DNA of 64,000 bases from the human T2T-CHM13v2.0 reference genome, Homo sapiens, in NCBI RefSeq assembly GCF_009914755.1, contig NC_060939.1. One strand, 5' to 3'. The translations under genes were made by a program, and so were the position numbers. Shown piece by piece: positions 31,356 through 48,153 of this stretch. Numbering within the stretch: the stretch's first letter is position 1; each line of letters opens with the position of its first letter. Under the pieces are notes generated by a model, which was not told the origin of the DNA, searched no databases, and saw only the letters and a program-made list of their open reading frames with translations.

Positions 31356-33764
31356 TCTATCTTCAAGTTCAAATGATTTTTTTATCAGATACCTCCAGTG
31401 TTACTTCTGCACACTGAGAGAATTATTTATCTTTGATAATATTTTTATTGCTATATTTTCATTTGTCCCTCTTGTAATTTCTCTGTGTGTGTTGAAATTC
31501 TGCATCTTATTATGCATGTGTCCACCTACTCCATGAATTACTTTAACACATTAATCATAGTTTTTGTTTTTAAGTCTCTGTCTCCTAGATACCATACCAG
31601 GGTCATCTCTGAGTATTTTCTTATGCTTTATTTGGTCACAACATATTTTTTTCTTCTTGATTTTTTGTGAGTCTCATAGTTTTTTATTAAATGTTTCATG
31701 TTGTACATAAAGGAACATCAGAGTCTGAGGTAAAGGCTATTTACACAAGGAAACGGGCCATTAGGACATTTGTGTGTGGTGGTGGACTTGACCTGGGTTT
31801 GGGCTTTGTTGCTCCTATCAACACGTTCATGCATGACAGTGGTGGATTGCTGTTATCCTTTGTTTTAGAATGCAGCCTATGGTGTCACCAGCTGTCAGCC
31901 ACCTTAAATCTCATTAGCCCTTCTATATACGGACATTAGAGTCTGCCCATACTATTGCTTCGTACACAAAAGGAGACTGCTGTAATTTTTTACTTGGCAC
32001 TGTACTCATAGTGGCTGTGGTCTCTGGTGTTCTCTGTTCTCCTGGTTCAACCTCAGTCTTTTGCCAGCCCTATGCAACCAAGTCTTGTGGGTTAGGGTTT
32101 CATAGTGTCTTCGCTTCTCCTTCCCATGGCTAATTCTGCTCTGCACTGTATCTGTGGTGGGTGTGGTACAGGAGAGCATTTTCTGGCTCTCTCCAGCCTA
32201 AGCAGACCTCAGCTTTGTAGCCGCTTGAATCCTGAGTTTTCTGCTCCTCAGTCAGGATCAGAGTATTTTTTCTTATATTATTCATCCAAAGGCAATGGAT
32301 CTTTGGTGTGACTTGATAGTGGGAAAGTCTTTATCCCTCTCCTAGAGGCAGACATACTTTGCTTCTATGCAATTCCAGAAGCAATAGCTCTTTATGCTGG
32401 TCTTTCAGTGGCAGCCAGTTATCTCCTACAGGTTTCCATCACTAAAGGGTACTCTCTCTGGACCTTGTCCTCGATCTTTTTCATGAGAATCCTGTTAAGA
32501 CACAGGGAAAAGAACCTACAGTTGAGCCACCACTATTTCTGAGGTTCTCAGGAATGCTAGGCCACACTCAACCTTGAAGAGTTAGTTAATGTATTAGTTG
32601 TTTTTTGCTCATTTACTTTTATGGCTCTTACTTTTCCTCCCCTCGTTCTGACAAAGGCAAAAGAATGCATGAGTCCTGTCTCTCCTCACAGGGGCTCGTC
32701 GACCTTTGAAATTTAGTCTTCCTTGTCATCATATTCTCTGATGGACTCAGAAAATGTTATGATTTTGTGTATTACCCAACTTCTCCTGGTTGTTAGGATA
32801 GAGGCAACATTTTCTTTTGGCTTTCTATATCCTATGCAGATATGGAACAATCTGGTGTATTCTATATTGCTTTGGTAAATGTTGTATTCTCCAGGCCCTT
32901 CTTTGAAGCACAGTCCTCTGATGGGATTTCTTACATTCCACATTGTATCTCCCAGAGCATGCCATTCTCTCTCAGCCTGAAAATGTTTTTTTTCTACCAT
33001 CTTCCATACCAATTCTAGAATTTCTAGTTCAGTTTGTGTGGAATGTCACCTTTTTTGATACTTCGAGAACCTAGCCTAGCAATATGGCTATATCATCTCT
33101 GACATCCTTGCCTGGGTATTAAGTCCTCTATCCCAGGAGAGTGGTAGAAAATCAATAAACTCTCCCTTTTCTGACTTTATTTTTCATTGCCCTTTAACCA
33201 AAGCACCTTCAGAATCCAGGATCATGACACTCTCCTGGCTCCTGCAGGTGTCCTGCTGAAGTCCCGCCGTTGCTTTGTCGAACACTTCCTTTCCTCCTGT
33301 ATGAGGCCCAGCACATCTCCAGCTGGATTATACCGCAACTTTAAACCAAGTTATAGTTGTAATATCTTGAAGGGGAAATAGAGACAGATTTGGGATGACT
33401 GCTTTCAGAATTAGCTTTTAATTACTGATTTGTCATATTTAGCCTTTATTTTTTTCAAAGCATCAATCTAGTTAAGGAATAGACAGCTAGTCCATTGTCT
33501 ATCAGTGACTGTTTATCCCACTATTTCTCAATTACCTGATATATCACAGAGGAAACAGCATTTCTTTTTGCTGATATAGCATTCTAGTTGACTGCTGGTG
33601 AACATTTTAACATAATTGGAATACCATCTTGTTCCAGGGGCTATCTTTGCTCTACCTACCACAAGAGATGAATTCCTTATTGATAACCAGACAGTAGGTG
33701 ATCCAGCTCCAAAATCACATCATACCTTCAGCTTTTGCAGAATATTCTGCATACTAACTATTGA

Positions 33765-34140
33765 AGGTTAGGTTCTCTGCTATACTTGCAGGAGGTTTAT
33801 TTGGGAGTCCTTTTGGGATTCTTATGTGGGGAAGTGAAAGAAAAGAAGCAGAATTGGGTAGGGATAGAAGTTGAGCTTTGATATGTAGTCTCTGTGAGAT
33901 GCCTCAGCCAACCCTGTATGTGTGAGGAAGGGGGAAATGAAGACAGAATGGGCTTTCAGACCTCTCCATACATACTCATATAGGTTATTGGATGTGGACC
34001 TCCATGGGAAAGTGATATAACCTTGGCCATAGTGACGCTCTTCAAATGGGCTATCTCCCAAGATGACCTACATATTGGGGGGGTCTGCTGGAAGGAATTA
34101 ATATGCCCTGTATTTCTGAAAGGTATCTTAGAAGCATATC
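33765..34140 (-). mobile_element. LTR16-like ERVL LTR
   Basis: ggttaggttctc...ttgcaggaggtttatttgggagt...gaagcagaattgggtaggga...gcctcagccaaccc. Confidence 0.6.
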
Positions 34141-34527
34141 AAGCTTAAGAAATTCAAAGAAACCACATCCAGGCAATCATAGTCAGACTGCTAAAAAATA
34201 AAGACAAAAGAGAATATTTTTAAATTAACAAGTGAAAAGGGACCTCAAATAAGCAACAATAAGATATAGAGCCAGTTTTTAGCGATGTCAATCAAAACTT
34301 TAAAGCAAAAGAGAAAAATAATTGACAATCAGGAATGGTATTCCCTATGGAAAGCGTAAGTGTGACGGCAACATAATGACATTTTAAGGCCATAATATAA
34401 AACAGAGTTTTGTTGTCATTGTTTTGTTTTTTGTTTGTTTGTCCCAGCATAATTGCACTAATAGTAATACCAAAGGTGACTTCACTTATGGAATGGGGGT
34501 TGCCTAGACATTTAAAGAGTGACTGGA

Positions 34528-34840
<313 letters not shown>

Positions 34841-34844
34841 TTAG

Positions 34845-35900
34845 AGGCTCTAATGGGGAATCAAGTAACAGATGGAATCATGGATATATCTAGCTTATAG
34901 TGGGTTCACTTTGTTTGCAGAGTCACCCAGTGGTTATTGCCTAGTCCCCAAGAGTATAACTGAGGTTAATATATTTGTAATTTAAAATAACCACTACAGA
35001 CAGTTCTTGGCTTGTTCTAATACTGCAAACACAAACAAGTTGTAGCTCTGCAGCAGCTGCTATGCCGGAAGTGGTACATTTCTTGGTTAACAAGCCCTCA
35101 GGTAGGTGGTATATGCCCACTGATTTAGCAAATGCATCTTTGCTATTCAGATTAGAAAAGAGGATGAGAACAGCTTGCGTATAAGTAGAATGGATATTGA
35201 TATTCATTTGCAGTTTTGTTTCCTTTTGTCATAATGTCTAAAGAGATCTTGACTGCCATAACATTGCTTAAACTCTCTGTTTCTTGTTGTTATTACACTG
35301 CCTAAAGAGATGTGAACTGTCTGCATATCCTGTGTAATATCACATTGACCCATTATGTCAATGACAGAAAACTCACTGGGTAGGATAAGCAACTGATTGC
35401 TAATATACTAGAGACCGACGTAAGACACATGATCTCCAGAGGTTGGAAGATAAACCCTATGAAATTTCAGGTTCTTACAGCTTCAGTGAAACATATAGCC
35501 CTGTGGTAAGCAGTGTGCTAACATATTTCCAACAAAATAAAAGGCAAAGTGCTCTATCTAGCATTCTTTACCATAAATAAAGAAGCACAGTGCTGGAAAG
35601 GCCTTATTGGGCTCTGCAGGCAATATGTTTTACATCTAGGAATGCTATTACAGCCCATAATCTGAGTAACATAGAGGTTGCTAATTTTGAGTAGAGCTAT
35701 GGGTAATAAGAGGTGCTATAGTAGGTCCAGACTATGGTGCAATCAGCTCTGTCCCTTTGGGTCTTTGTATCCAACCGACCTAATAAAGCTGCAGGTGTCC
35801 ATCCATTGTTAGATGGAAATGGTGTCACTGAGAATGAGCACAAGCCAATCTTGAGAGCATGACTAAGCCATATGAATAGGTAACCCTATTACCTGGTGCA
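34845..35900 (+). mobile_element. ERVL-class internal relic, degenerate pol/RT
   Basis: Scattered motifs in the expected order: AAAMP, WY...DLANA (gatttagcaaatgca), CHN..RDLD, HYVND (YIDD-equivalent), GWKINPMK. Many stops and frameshifts. Confidence 0.75.
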
Positions 35901-36099
35901 AGTTTAAGTAAACTGGATAGCCACTTGGCACCAGAACCTATCTATGCCTCACTTATAACCAGTGATGAGGTTTTCACTGTCAGCTGGCAGCAAATGAAGT
36001 AGCTTCCAAATCCCATCTTACATTTTGATATTTTTAGTATCAATTGTTGAAGGGAAATAAGCTGTATTAATATGTATTATGTTAAATAAATTAATAAGG

Positions 36100-36270
36100 C
36101 ACTGGAGGTTTACCAGACCTCCCTACTTGTGCAAGGGAAAGGGAGGAAACAGGCTTGGGCAGAGGGGGAAATCAAACTCAAGTGCAGACTAGAAAGAGTT
36201 AGCCAACCTGCTGGAGCTCTGGATCATATGAGACCTTTCAGTGTTGTCTCACATTAGATAATAATGGTAA
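36100..36270 (-). mobile_element. LTR16-like fragment
   Basis: aggaaacaggcttgggcagagggggaa...agccaacctgctggagctctgga. Confidence 0.5.
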
Positions 36271-36629
36271 GATACTTCAGTTAGGTAACAGTTTACAGAA
36301 ACAGGCTTCTAGAATGGAATGGAGGCTGTCTTTCATTTAATTATTCACTTATTCAAGAAACTATAATAGAAAGAGGTGTCAAGAAATGAAAGTAACTAGC
36401 TAATAGCCTCTAGATTTAATATGTCTTTTGTGTGCAATACTTGGTAATTCAGGGAGCTAGTCACATTTCTGACCAGTTGCTTCCTAAGTGTATTACAGTT
36501 TTTTTCTCCCATGGAAACATATTTTTAATTACCTAATGGAAGTCAGTAGATAATAAGATTTACATGACAAACATTTCCATTCAGTCACCTTTGCTATAAA
36601 TCAAAGGCTTTATTTCTAATAAAATAGTT

Positions 36630-37540
36630 TTTCATGCAATCAACAAATTGAGTATGTGATGTGGTTTATATACTGTGTGGCATGTGAAATCAAAGATGAA
36701 TAAGTGCTAAGTCTTTTTTTTTTTTAAAAGAATGTCTGTTCTATTGGGAGAGATGAGAGGTGGACATAAACAAAATATAAAATAATATGTATTAAGTATG
36801 GGATGACAAGCAAAGTGATGTCATAGTTCAGAATAAGGTAACCCCCATTCAATAGACATGGGATCTCTAAAAGGAGCAGGAAGAAAGTGCATTCTAAGCA
36901 AGAAACAACAGCACTGTAATCAAGAAATGAAAGAAAAAAGAAAAGGCAAAATATTTAGGGTAATGCTTACTTGTCCAGGTTACCTAGAACAAAGGTTACT
37001 TGTAGAAAAATGAATGAATAAAAGTTTGGCAAGGTGGTTTGAATTTTGTGGTTTCTGAATGCTGATCAAATGACTTAGGACTTTATTAAAGAGACAATGT
37101 AGATACTCCCAGGCTTGTTAAGAAGGAAAATGTTGAATAGGTTTAGAACCAGTCTTTAAGAAAATTATTTGCTTGCTTGGAGCAATTTGGATTGAAGTGG
37201 AGAAAGTCTAGATGTTTGAGAACTAATTACAAGAATTTTAAAATAGAGCAAGTGAGAAATAATAAGGGCCTAAATGAAGTATTGTCACACCATATTGCAG
37301 TTATTTATCTATTGTTCTATCTTATTTGAATTTGAATCTAAATTCCTAACACAGTGTTTAACACGTTGCCTTTTTAAAAAATATGCTTTTAATAAGTAAA
37401 CATATGAGTCCATGATAAGTTGGAAGGGCTATGCAAATGACAATCAATGGCACCTTTTGAATGATTTTATGTGAGAATTTAAACAGAGAGATTTCAAAGA
37501 ATTTGAACTTCAGTAGTTGGAAGAATGGTAATAGTTATTA
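36630..37540 (-). mobile_element. L2 fragments
   Basis: tcatgcaatcaacaaattgag...aaagatgaataag...gcattctaagcagaaacaacagc...ttaggactttatt. Confidence 0.55.
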
Positions 37541-39249
37541 CAGAAAAAGCTCAGAAAAAAAGCCCAAGAGGAAGCATGGGTCTGAGGGGCAGTACGGTGT
37601 ATTAGGTGCAAAATGAGGGCCATCCTTACTTGAGCCAAGAAGGAGTGTGGCTTTGACCACAGTCTCAGAAAATGGCAGTGACCTGCCTGTTCTTCACAGA
37701 ATGCAGCATGGCTCCAGGGCAGTGAATACTGAAAGAAGGTAGCATCATTTTGACTTTTTAGATGTCTGCTGTTTTAAGATGTCCTGAGGGTTCAATACTC
37801 AGGGCACTTAGTGTTTTTTTCAAAGGAATAGCAGGATCCTGTGTGACCGAGCTCCAGAGGATATTTCAGGGTTTGGCAAAAGGGGTAAATGTCCAACCAC
37901 CAGAAGGAACTCCCAGGAGCAGCAGAAGCTGTACTCACATTGTTGGACATAGGTGGACACAGTCTGGAGATGCCCAGACACTTTTGGGGTGGATAGGAAG
38001 TACTTTGTAGGATCCTGAGGCTTGCCAATAATGCAGATGAGTTATTGATCCACAGAACGAATGGACATTATTGTTAATTTAGCCACATTAATGGTTATAG
38101 GCTGTGGGTACTATAGACAGTAAAGCCACACTTCCATAAAAACTATCCCCTCCCATGCCATTGGCTTCGAAGAACCAATTTTATACTCACTCAACATGTC
38201 TTATTGATGGGCATAAATCAGTCTGGAACAAAGTTTTAAAGCATTTATGATTGGTTTTGAAATTGAAAAAAATGTGCACATATCCCCAGAAAAGCTAGGC
38301 ACAGCTTTTCATCCAAAATGAATAATTATGCATAGAACTGATTACTTAAATACACAGTTCATGATTATGAATGAAATTACCTGTATTACACTGCAAATAC
38401 CTTGTTCTGCATGGATTAAATAAAGTAAAACTTGATTGCAGATGTTGGAAATTTTAGATCTTGAGATTTTTCAGTTACTCTCAAAATATATCACTTGCCT
38501 CTTATAACATTTCCCTTATAGAAGTAATTTACAAGTTGAAATTAAAAATGAACTCTTGGTTATAATGGATTTCACAGTGGGGTGAAATTCTAGTAGCTGG
38601 ACCATAGGAAATAAGTGGACTGTTTCTCTGTTTTCACACCTAGTTCAGACACTTTCTGTAAGATGCAGATGCACAGGCCAGGTAGATCTCTACCTACTTG
38701 TTTAATCTGGGGGATTCCAATAAACCCTTAAGCCCCTGACAGTTTCTTCCAAAAGCCTGCGTATGTGCCTGAAATCCTATCTTTATTACTTTACTTCTGG
38801 TTTTTGCTTGTTAAAATGCACATGTTCCTGAGGAGAATAATCCATGAAACTGTAATCCATCAAAGCAACATAGTGTGAATCAGCCTGTCAGTTCCATTCC
38901 AAAGCGACAGCTTGGGAAGAACAGGTTTATTTTCCTATGTTGTTTTAGCAACCTCATTTTTCACATCTTTTTCCACTAACCAGATTAGACCCTCTGTGTA
39001 GGCATAGGCTTTGGTTTAGCCTTTTATCTGATCATTTCATGTGGACTCACATCCTGTTTTGGGGAATTCACTTGCTTTTCTTAGATTTCTTGGAGGTTTG
39101 TAGGAGACCAGGATTTATTAATACGTAGTGCTTAAATGCGAGGAGTCAATATTGAAATTGTAATCCTGGATCAAAAATAACTTAGACTCAGAAACATTTT
39201 GAAATGTAGGCAAAATACAGCTCACTTCCTTTGGTGTATTTCTTTATGT

Positions 39250-40260
39250 TCATCAATCACAACATTATTTTAATTAAATTTCATGTTTCTCAAAGTAGTA
39301 TTTTTGATACATGTACAAAGTAACTCAAAGTTTTAAAAGAAAACTGTAAAAGGTTTCTATAAAGAAAACAACAATGCCTTACCCAACCCCTTTGTCCCAA
39401 TCTTAAAGGGAAAGCCTTAGGTATAATATTAGTTGTAGATTTTTCTCAAATATCCTTTATTGAGAAACTATTCTATTTTTGTTAGTTTCTTCAGATTTTT
39501 TATCAGAAATGTGTGTTGCATTTTCTCAAATTGTTTTCTAGATCTATTGAGATAATTATATATTTTCTGTTTTAGCCTGTTTATATGGTTAATTAAATAA
39601 GATCAAATTATTAAAGTATTAAATATTAATGGATTGACTTTTTGAATCTTCAGCCCACCTTTTATTCCTAAGATAAAATCCCCTTGGTCATGATATATCA
39701 TTCTACTTTGTATTACTGGCTTTGGTTTGCTAATGTCAGTTTCCTGAATTTTTTTCAAATTATGGCAACATCCTCCCATAGCTTCTCATAGGTCAGAACA
39801 ATTGTCTATATCATCAAACTATCTAATTATTTGTCAGTTTCATTCCCTCAGCAGCCTCACCCAAACAATTCAAACTAATTGCTCTCAAGGCTTCTTTTTT
39901 CTCTAATGAGTTTTGATCTTCTGTTCCCTATTTCATGCTCTCCTCCTCTTAGCTTTTTTATTTATTTGTTTATAGAATATCCTTTAGTAATTTCCTTTGA
40001 AAAGGTAAATTTTTGAGACACTTTTCATGTCTTGAAATAACTTTATTTTACTTTCTTCCATGACTGGTAGTTCAATTGGCACTAAAATTTATCTTTACAG
40101 CACTCCCCATCTATAATATTTTGTTTTTCATTTTTCTCTGACAGAGACCAAAGTAATTTTAATTCCTGATCCTTTTTTATGTGATATTTTAATTTCTTCT
40201 TTCAGGGAAGAAAAAGATTTCTAGGATCTTCTTCTTATCCTTGACATTCTAAAATTTCAT
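39250..40260 (-). mobile_element. Ancient L1 fragments
   Basis: T-rich old-L1 motifs, for example tctattgagataattatat and ataaaatccccttggtcatgat. Confidence 0.5.
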
Positions 40261-43200
40261 AAAGCTCATAGTCTCCGCCCAAAGGCTCCTAGAGCTGATA
40301 AACAACTTTGACAAAGTTTTAGGATACAAAATCAATGTACAAAAATCAGTAGCATTTCTATACACCAATAATGTCCAAGCTGAAAGCTAAATCAAGAATG
40401 CAAGCACAATAGCCACAAGGAAAATACAATACCTAGGAATACAACTAACTAGAGAGGTGAAAGGCCTGTACACCAAGAAGTGCAAAACAATGCTGAAAAA
40501 AATCAGACAATACCAGCAAACAGAAAAAACATTCCATGCTAATGGGTAGGAAGAATCAATGTTGTCAAAATGGCTGTACTGCCCAAAGCAGTTTATAGAC
40601 TCAAGGCTATTCTTATCAAACTGCCAATGTTGTTTTTCACAGAACTAGAAAAAGGAAACTATTATAAAATTCACAAGGAACCAATAAAGAGCCTGAATAG
40701 CCAAAGCAATCCTAAGCAAAGGAACAAAACCAAAGGCATCACACTTCCTGACTTCAAACTACACTACAAGGCGACAGTAACCAAAACAGTATAGTATTGG
40801 TACAAAACAGATACATAGACCAATGAACAGGTTAGAAAACCCAGAAGTACAGCTGCACACTTACATCCATCTTATCATCAACAAAATTGACAAATATAAA
40901 TGAACAAAAATAGGGAAAAGGACTCACTATTTAATAAATGTTGCTGGGATAACTGGCTAGCCATATGCAGAAGATCAAAAGTGGACTAATTTCTTTCAAC
41001 GTATACAAAAGCCAACTCAAGATAGATTAAAGACTTAAATGTTAAACTCAAAACTGTAAAAACCTTAGAAGAAAACCTAGGAAATACCATTCTATACATA
41101 AGACTTGGCAAAGATTTCATGACAAAGTCTCCAAAGGCAATTGCAATCAAAACAAAAATTGGTAAGTGGGACCTAATTAAACTTAAAAACTTCTACACAA
41201 CAAAGGACATGACCAACAGAGTAAACAGAAAACTTAGAAATGGGAGAAAATATTTGCAAACTATGCATCCAACACATGTCTACTGTCCAGAATCTAGAAG
41301 AAACTTAAAAAAATTAATAAGCAAAAAACAATCCCATTAAGAAATGGGCAAAGTACATGAACAGACACTTTTCAAAAGGGAACATACACACAGCTAACAA
41401 GCATATGAAAAAATGCTCAACATCACTAATTAGAGAAATACAAATCAAAACCATAATGAGACATCATTGCACACCAGTCAGAATGGCTATGATAAAAAAG
41501 TCAAAAAATAACAAATGCTGGTGAGGTTGCAGAGAAAAGGGAACACATACGCTGCCGGTAGGAAGGTAAATTAATTTAGTTACTGTGGAAAGCAGTTTGG
41601 AGATTTCTCTAAGAACTGGAAACACAACTACCATTTAACCCAGCAATCCCATTACTGGGTATCTACCTAAAGAAATATGAATTGTTCTAACACAAAGACA
41701 CATGCACCTATATGTTTGTCGCAGCACTATTCACAATAGCAAAGTCATGGAAGCAACCTTGATGCCCATCAGTGGTGGTCTAAAGAAAATGTGGCATATA
41801 TGCATCATTGAATACTACACAGCCATACAAAAGAAAGAAATTATGTCTTTTGCAGCAACATGGATGCAGCTGTGGGCCATTATTTTAAGCACATTATTAT
41901 TGTAAGCATGGGAACAGAAAACCAAATACCACATTCTCAGTTATAAATGGGAGCTAAACATTGATGATATGGTTTGGCTGTGTCCCCACCCAAATCTCAA
42001 CTTGTAGTTCCCATAATCCCCATGTGTCATGGGAAGGACCCTGTGGGAGGTAACTGAATCATAAGGGCAGTTATCCTGATGCTGTTCTCATGATAGTGAG
42101 TTCTCATGAGATCTGATGGTTTTACAAGGGGCTTTCCCTGCTTTTTCTCACCACTTCTACTTGCTGCTGCCATGTGAAGAAGGACATGTTTTCTTCCCCT
42201 TCCACCATGATTGTAAGTTTCCTGAGACCTCCCCAGCCATGCTAAACTGTGAGTCAATTAAACCTCTTTCCTTTATAAATTATCCAGTCTCAAGTATGTC
42301 ATTATTAGTAGCATGAGAATGGATTAATATAGTAAATTGGTACCAGGTAGTGGATGCTGCTGTAAAGATACCCAAAAATGTAGAAACAACTTTGGAACTC
42401 GGAAATAGGCAGAGGTTGAAAAAGTCTGGAGGTCTCAGAAGAGGACAAATGTGGGAAAGTCTGGAATTTCCTAGAGCCTTGGAGGGCTCAGAAGACAGGA
42501 AAATGTGGGAAAATGTTAGAAACTTCCTAGAGACTTGTTGAATGGCTTTGACCAAAATGCTGATAGTGATATGGACAATAAAGTCCAGGCTGAAGTGGTC
42601 TCAGATGGAGATAAGGAACTTGTTGGGAACTGGAGTAAAGGTGACTCTTGTTATGCTTTTGCAGAGAGACTGGTGGCATTTTATCCCTGCTCTAGAGATA
42701 TGTGGAACTTTGAAGTTGAGAGACATGATTTAGGGTATTGGGCAGAAGAAATTTCTAAGCAGCAAAGTATTCAAGATGAAGCAGAGCATAAAAGTTCAGA
42801 AAATTTACAGCCAAATGATGTGATAGAAAACAAAAACCCATTTTCTTGGGAGAAATTCAAGCTGGCTGCAGAAATTCACATAAGTAATAAGAAGCCAAAT
42901 GGTCATTTCCAAGCTAATGGGAAAATGTCTCCAGAGCAAGTCAGAGACCTTTGTGGCTGCTCCTCCCATCACAGGTGTGAAAGCCTCGGAGGGAAAAATG
43001 GCTTTGTGGGCTGGACCCAGGGCACCCCAGTTCTATGCAGCCTTAGGAACTGGTACCCTGCATCCCAGGTGTTTTAGCTCCAGCCATGGCTAAAAAGGGC
43101 CAAGGTATATAGCTCAGGCTGTTGCTTCAGAGGGTGCAAGCTCCAAGCCTTGGTGGATTACAAATGATGTTGGGCCTGCAGGTGCATAGAAGTCCAGAAC

Positions 43201-44510
43201 TGAGGTTTGGGAGACTCCACCTAGATTTCAGAGGATATATAAAAACTCCTGGATGTCCAGGCAGAAGTTTGCTGCAGGGGTAGAGCCCTCATGGAGAACC
43301 TCTACTAGGGAAATGTGGAAGGAAAATGTGGGGTCAGAGCCCCCATACAGAGTCTCCTCTGGGGCACTGCCTACTGGAGCTGTGAGAAGAGGGCCACCAT
43401 CCTCCAAACCCCAGCATGGTAAGTCCACTGACAGCTTGCATCGTAATCCTGAAAAAGCCACAGACACTCAGTGCCAGCCCATAAAAGCAGCTGGGAGGGG
43501 GGCTGAATCCTGCAAAGCCACAGGGTCAGAGCTTCCCAAGGCAATGGGAGCCCACCTCTTGCATCAGCATGACCTGGATGTGAGACACGGAGACAAAGGA
43601 GATCATTTTGGAACTTTAAGGTTTAATAACTGCCCTATTGGATTCTGCACTTGCATGGGCCCTGTGGCCCCTTTGTTTTGGCCAATTTCTCCCATTTGGA
43701 ACAAGTGTCTTGTAGAACAAGACCCTATTTTGTCTAGGAAGTAACTAACTTGCTTTAGATTTTGCAGACTCATAGGCAGAAGGGACTTGTTCTGTTTCAG
43801 ATGAGGCTCTGGACTTGGACTTTTGGGTTAATGCTGGAATGAGTTAAGACTTTGTGGGACTGTTGGGAATGTATGCTTGTGTTTTGAAATGTGAGGACAT
43901 GAGATTTTGGAGGTAACCAGAGATGAAATTATATGGTTTGGCCACGTCACCACACAAATGCTATCTTGAATTGTAGTTCCCATGATCCCCATGTGTCACA
44001 GGAGGGACCAAGTGGGAGGTAATTGAATCATGGTGGCAGTTACTTTCACGCTGTTCTCATGATAGTGAGTTCTCATGAGATCTGATGGTTTTATAAGAGG
44101 CATTTTACCCTTTTTCTTGCCACTTCTCCTTGCTGCCACCACGTTAAGAAGAACATGTTTGCTTCCCTTTCCACCACGATTTTAAGTTTCCTGAGGCCTT
44201 CCCAGCCATGCTGAACTGTGAGTCAATTAAACCTCTTCCTTTTATAAATTACCCAGTCTCAGGTATGTCTTTATTAGCAGTGTGAGAACAGACTAATAAA
44301 ATTGCGAACATATAGATACAAAGAATGGAAGAATAGACACGAATGTCTACTTCAGGATGGCAGGTGGCACAAGGGTGAGGATTGAAAAACTACCTATTGG
44401 GTTCTATGCCTATTATCTGGGTGACAAAATAATCTGTACACCAAACTCCCATGGCACCAATTTACCCATGTAAGAAACCTGCACATATATACCCCCTGAA
44501 ACAAAAATAT
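40261..44510 (+). mobile_element. 5'-truncated L1PA15/16-like element, split by THE1 at 41965-44300
   Basis: ORF2 relics ([10 protein letters not shown]..., [23 protein letters not shown]). The 3'UTR resumes after THE1 (gaggattgaaaaactacctattggg...aaataatctgtacaccaaac). Confidence 0.92.
41965..44300 (+). mobile_element. Full-length THE1 (THE1C-like) MaLR provirus: 5'LTR 41965-42331, internal 42332-43928, 3'LTR 43929-44300
   Basis: Two direct ~370-bp LTRs (tgatatggtttggctgtgtccccacccaaatctc...), a 1.6-kb internal region starting gtaaattggtacc, and 5-bp TSD attga/attgc. Confidence 0.96.
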
Positions 44511-44789
44511 TTGTTTGAAACTGACTGTTTGAAAAATAGTTATGTGATTAGTTGGTTGGCCTCTTGAATGTTGAGTTCTGGGAAACTGCATAAGTTCTGG
44601 AAATTTTTCATCTGTAATTTATTTTGTTTTTATGTCAAGTATTATGTTGCACATTTGTTTGTTTTGAGGTATATGTTGAAAGGAGAAGATAATGGAAATA
44701 TATTTACAATTGTAAAGCCAGAAATCTGCTACTTTCTTCAGTTTATAACTTTAGTTGAACATATTAATTGGACATTTGTTATATGACCA

Positions 44790-45170
44790 GCATTGTGCTA
44801 GATATAAGGAACCAAAAATGAATTCACTTCCAGACACTGACTTTTAATTGCTTTATATCTAGTGGGAGAAATAAACATGAAACCTGATAATAGCACTCTA
44901 ATGTCTAAGTGCTGGTAAATAATATGAAGGGAATCCTCAAGAAAGTTCAGGAAAGAATCCCTGGAAGAGATGATACATAAGCTAAAATTTAAAAAGGTGT
45001 AAGAATTAACCAAATGGAGAAATAGACGAAGGATGTTTCTGGCCGAGAATACAGCATTCATCCATTTATTCACTAATTCTTTTACTAACTTATTCAATAA
45101 GCATTTATTGAATATCTTATTCCAGCCACAATTCTAGACATGAGGATCAATAATGTATAAAATAATCAAA
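44790..45170 (-). mobile_element. L2 fragments
   Basis: attgtgctagata...aggaaagaatccctggaagagatgatacataagctaaa; ttattcaataagcatttattga. Confidence 0.6.
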
Positions 45171-45379
45171 GGCATAAACAAAATGACATATATTTTGTGT
45201 GCTTGTGTCTTTGTGTGCTTGTGTGTTATAGAAGTGTTTCAGGACTTATTGGCATGTGTAATAAATGACAGGGGATATTGCAGGAGAGAATTTTGAGAAA
45301 CAGGCCCTTTTATTAAATGACTTTATATGGCATAGTAAGCCATTTGGATTTTTTCTTGTTTGAGTGTCATCATAGGATT

Positions 45380-47484
<2,105 letters not shown>

Positions 47485-47499
47485 TAGAAACGTAGTGAT

Positions 47500-47790
47500 A
47501 TTATGGAGAAAAGATTTTAAAGAAAAGAGAATGAGGACTGAGAAGCCAGTTAGAAGGCCATTGTTGCAATTCAAGTGGGAGAAACTAAATACCTGAATCA
47601 AGGTGCAGTTGTCAAGCTGGAGAAAATGGAGCATGAAGGAATGATTTTGAATAAAATTGGTAGAACACGGCTGTTGACAATATGGGACACATGGGCAGAA
47701 GAGGTGTTTAAGTTAACTGTGAGATTTCTGGCTGTTTCCTGAAATGGCAGATACAGGAAAATACGCAGGTTTAAAAAATCCACAGTAAAT
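47500..47790 (-). mobile_element. L2 fragment
   Basis: agaagccagttagaaggccattgttgcaattcaagtgggaga...ctgaatcaagg. Confidence 0.6.
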
Positions 47791-48093
47791 CTTAGTTCTG
47801 CTTATGTTTCTAAATATGTTATAAAGCAGTGTTTCTCAAATTTTTGGCAATCCAATAACCACTTAGTGGGTGACTAGTGCAATTATAGGTTATCACATTT
47901 TAGTTAAATAAGTTTAAAATAATAATGGCTTTAAAAATAATTACTCAGTAAACATTATTTTGATTGTTAAAAAGAATATTACTTATTTCATATCTATGCC
48001 AGATATCCTATTCATTCTAAGGCTTTATTACAATGTATATGTGGCTCAGTGATGGACAATGTAGCCAAGTGGCCACATTCTACATGTAGTGGG

Positions 48094-48153
48094 TTTCTAT
48101 TGAGGTAAAACCCTCTGACTTTCTATTGAGTTAAAACCCTCTGACTTTCTATT
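48094..48153. repeat. 26-bp tandem repeat, 2.3 copies
   Basis: tttctattgag(g/t)taaaaccctctgac twice, then tttctatt. Confidence 0.93.

Noticed and set aside
42425-42536. ~54-bp tandem duplication in the THE1 internal region
   Set aside because: I recall this as a feature of THE1-int copies generally, so it is probably not specific to this locus.
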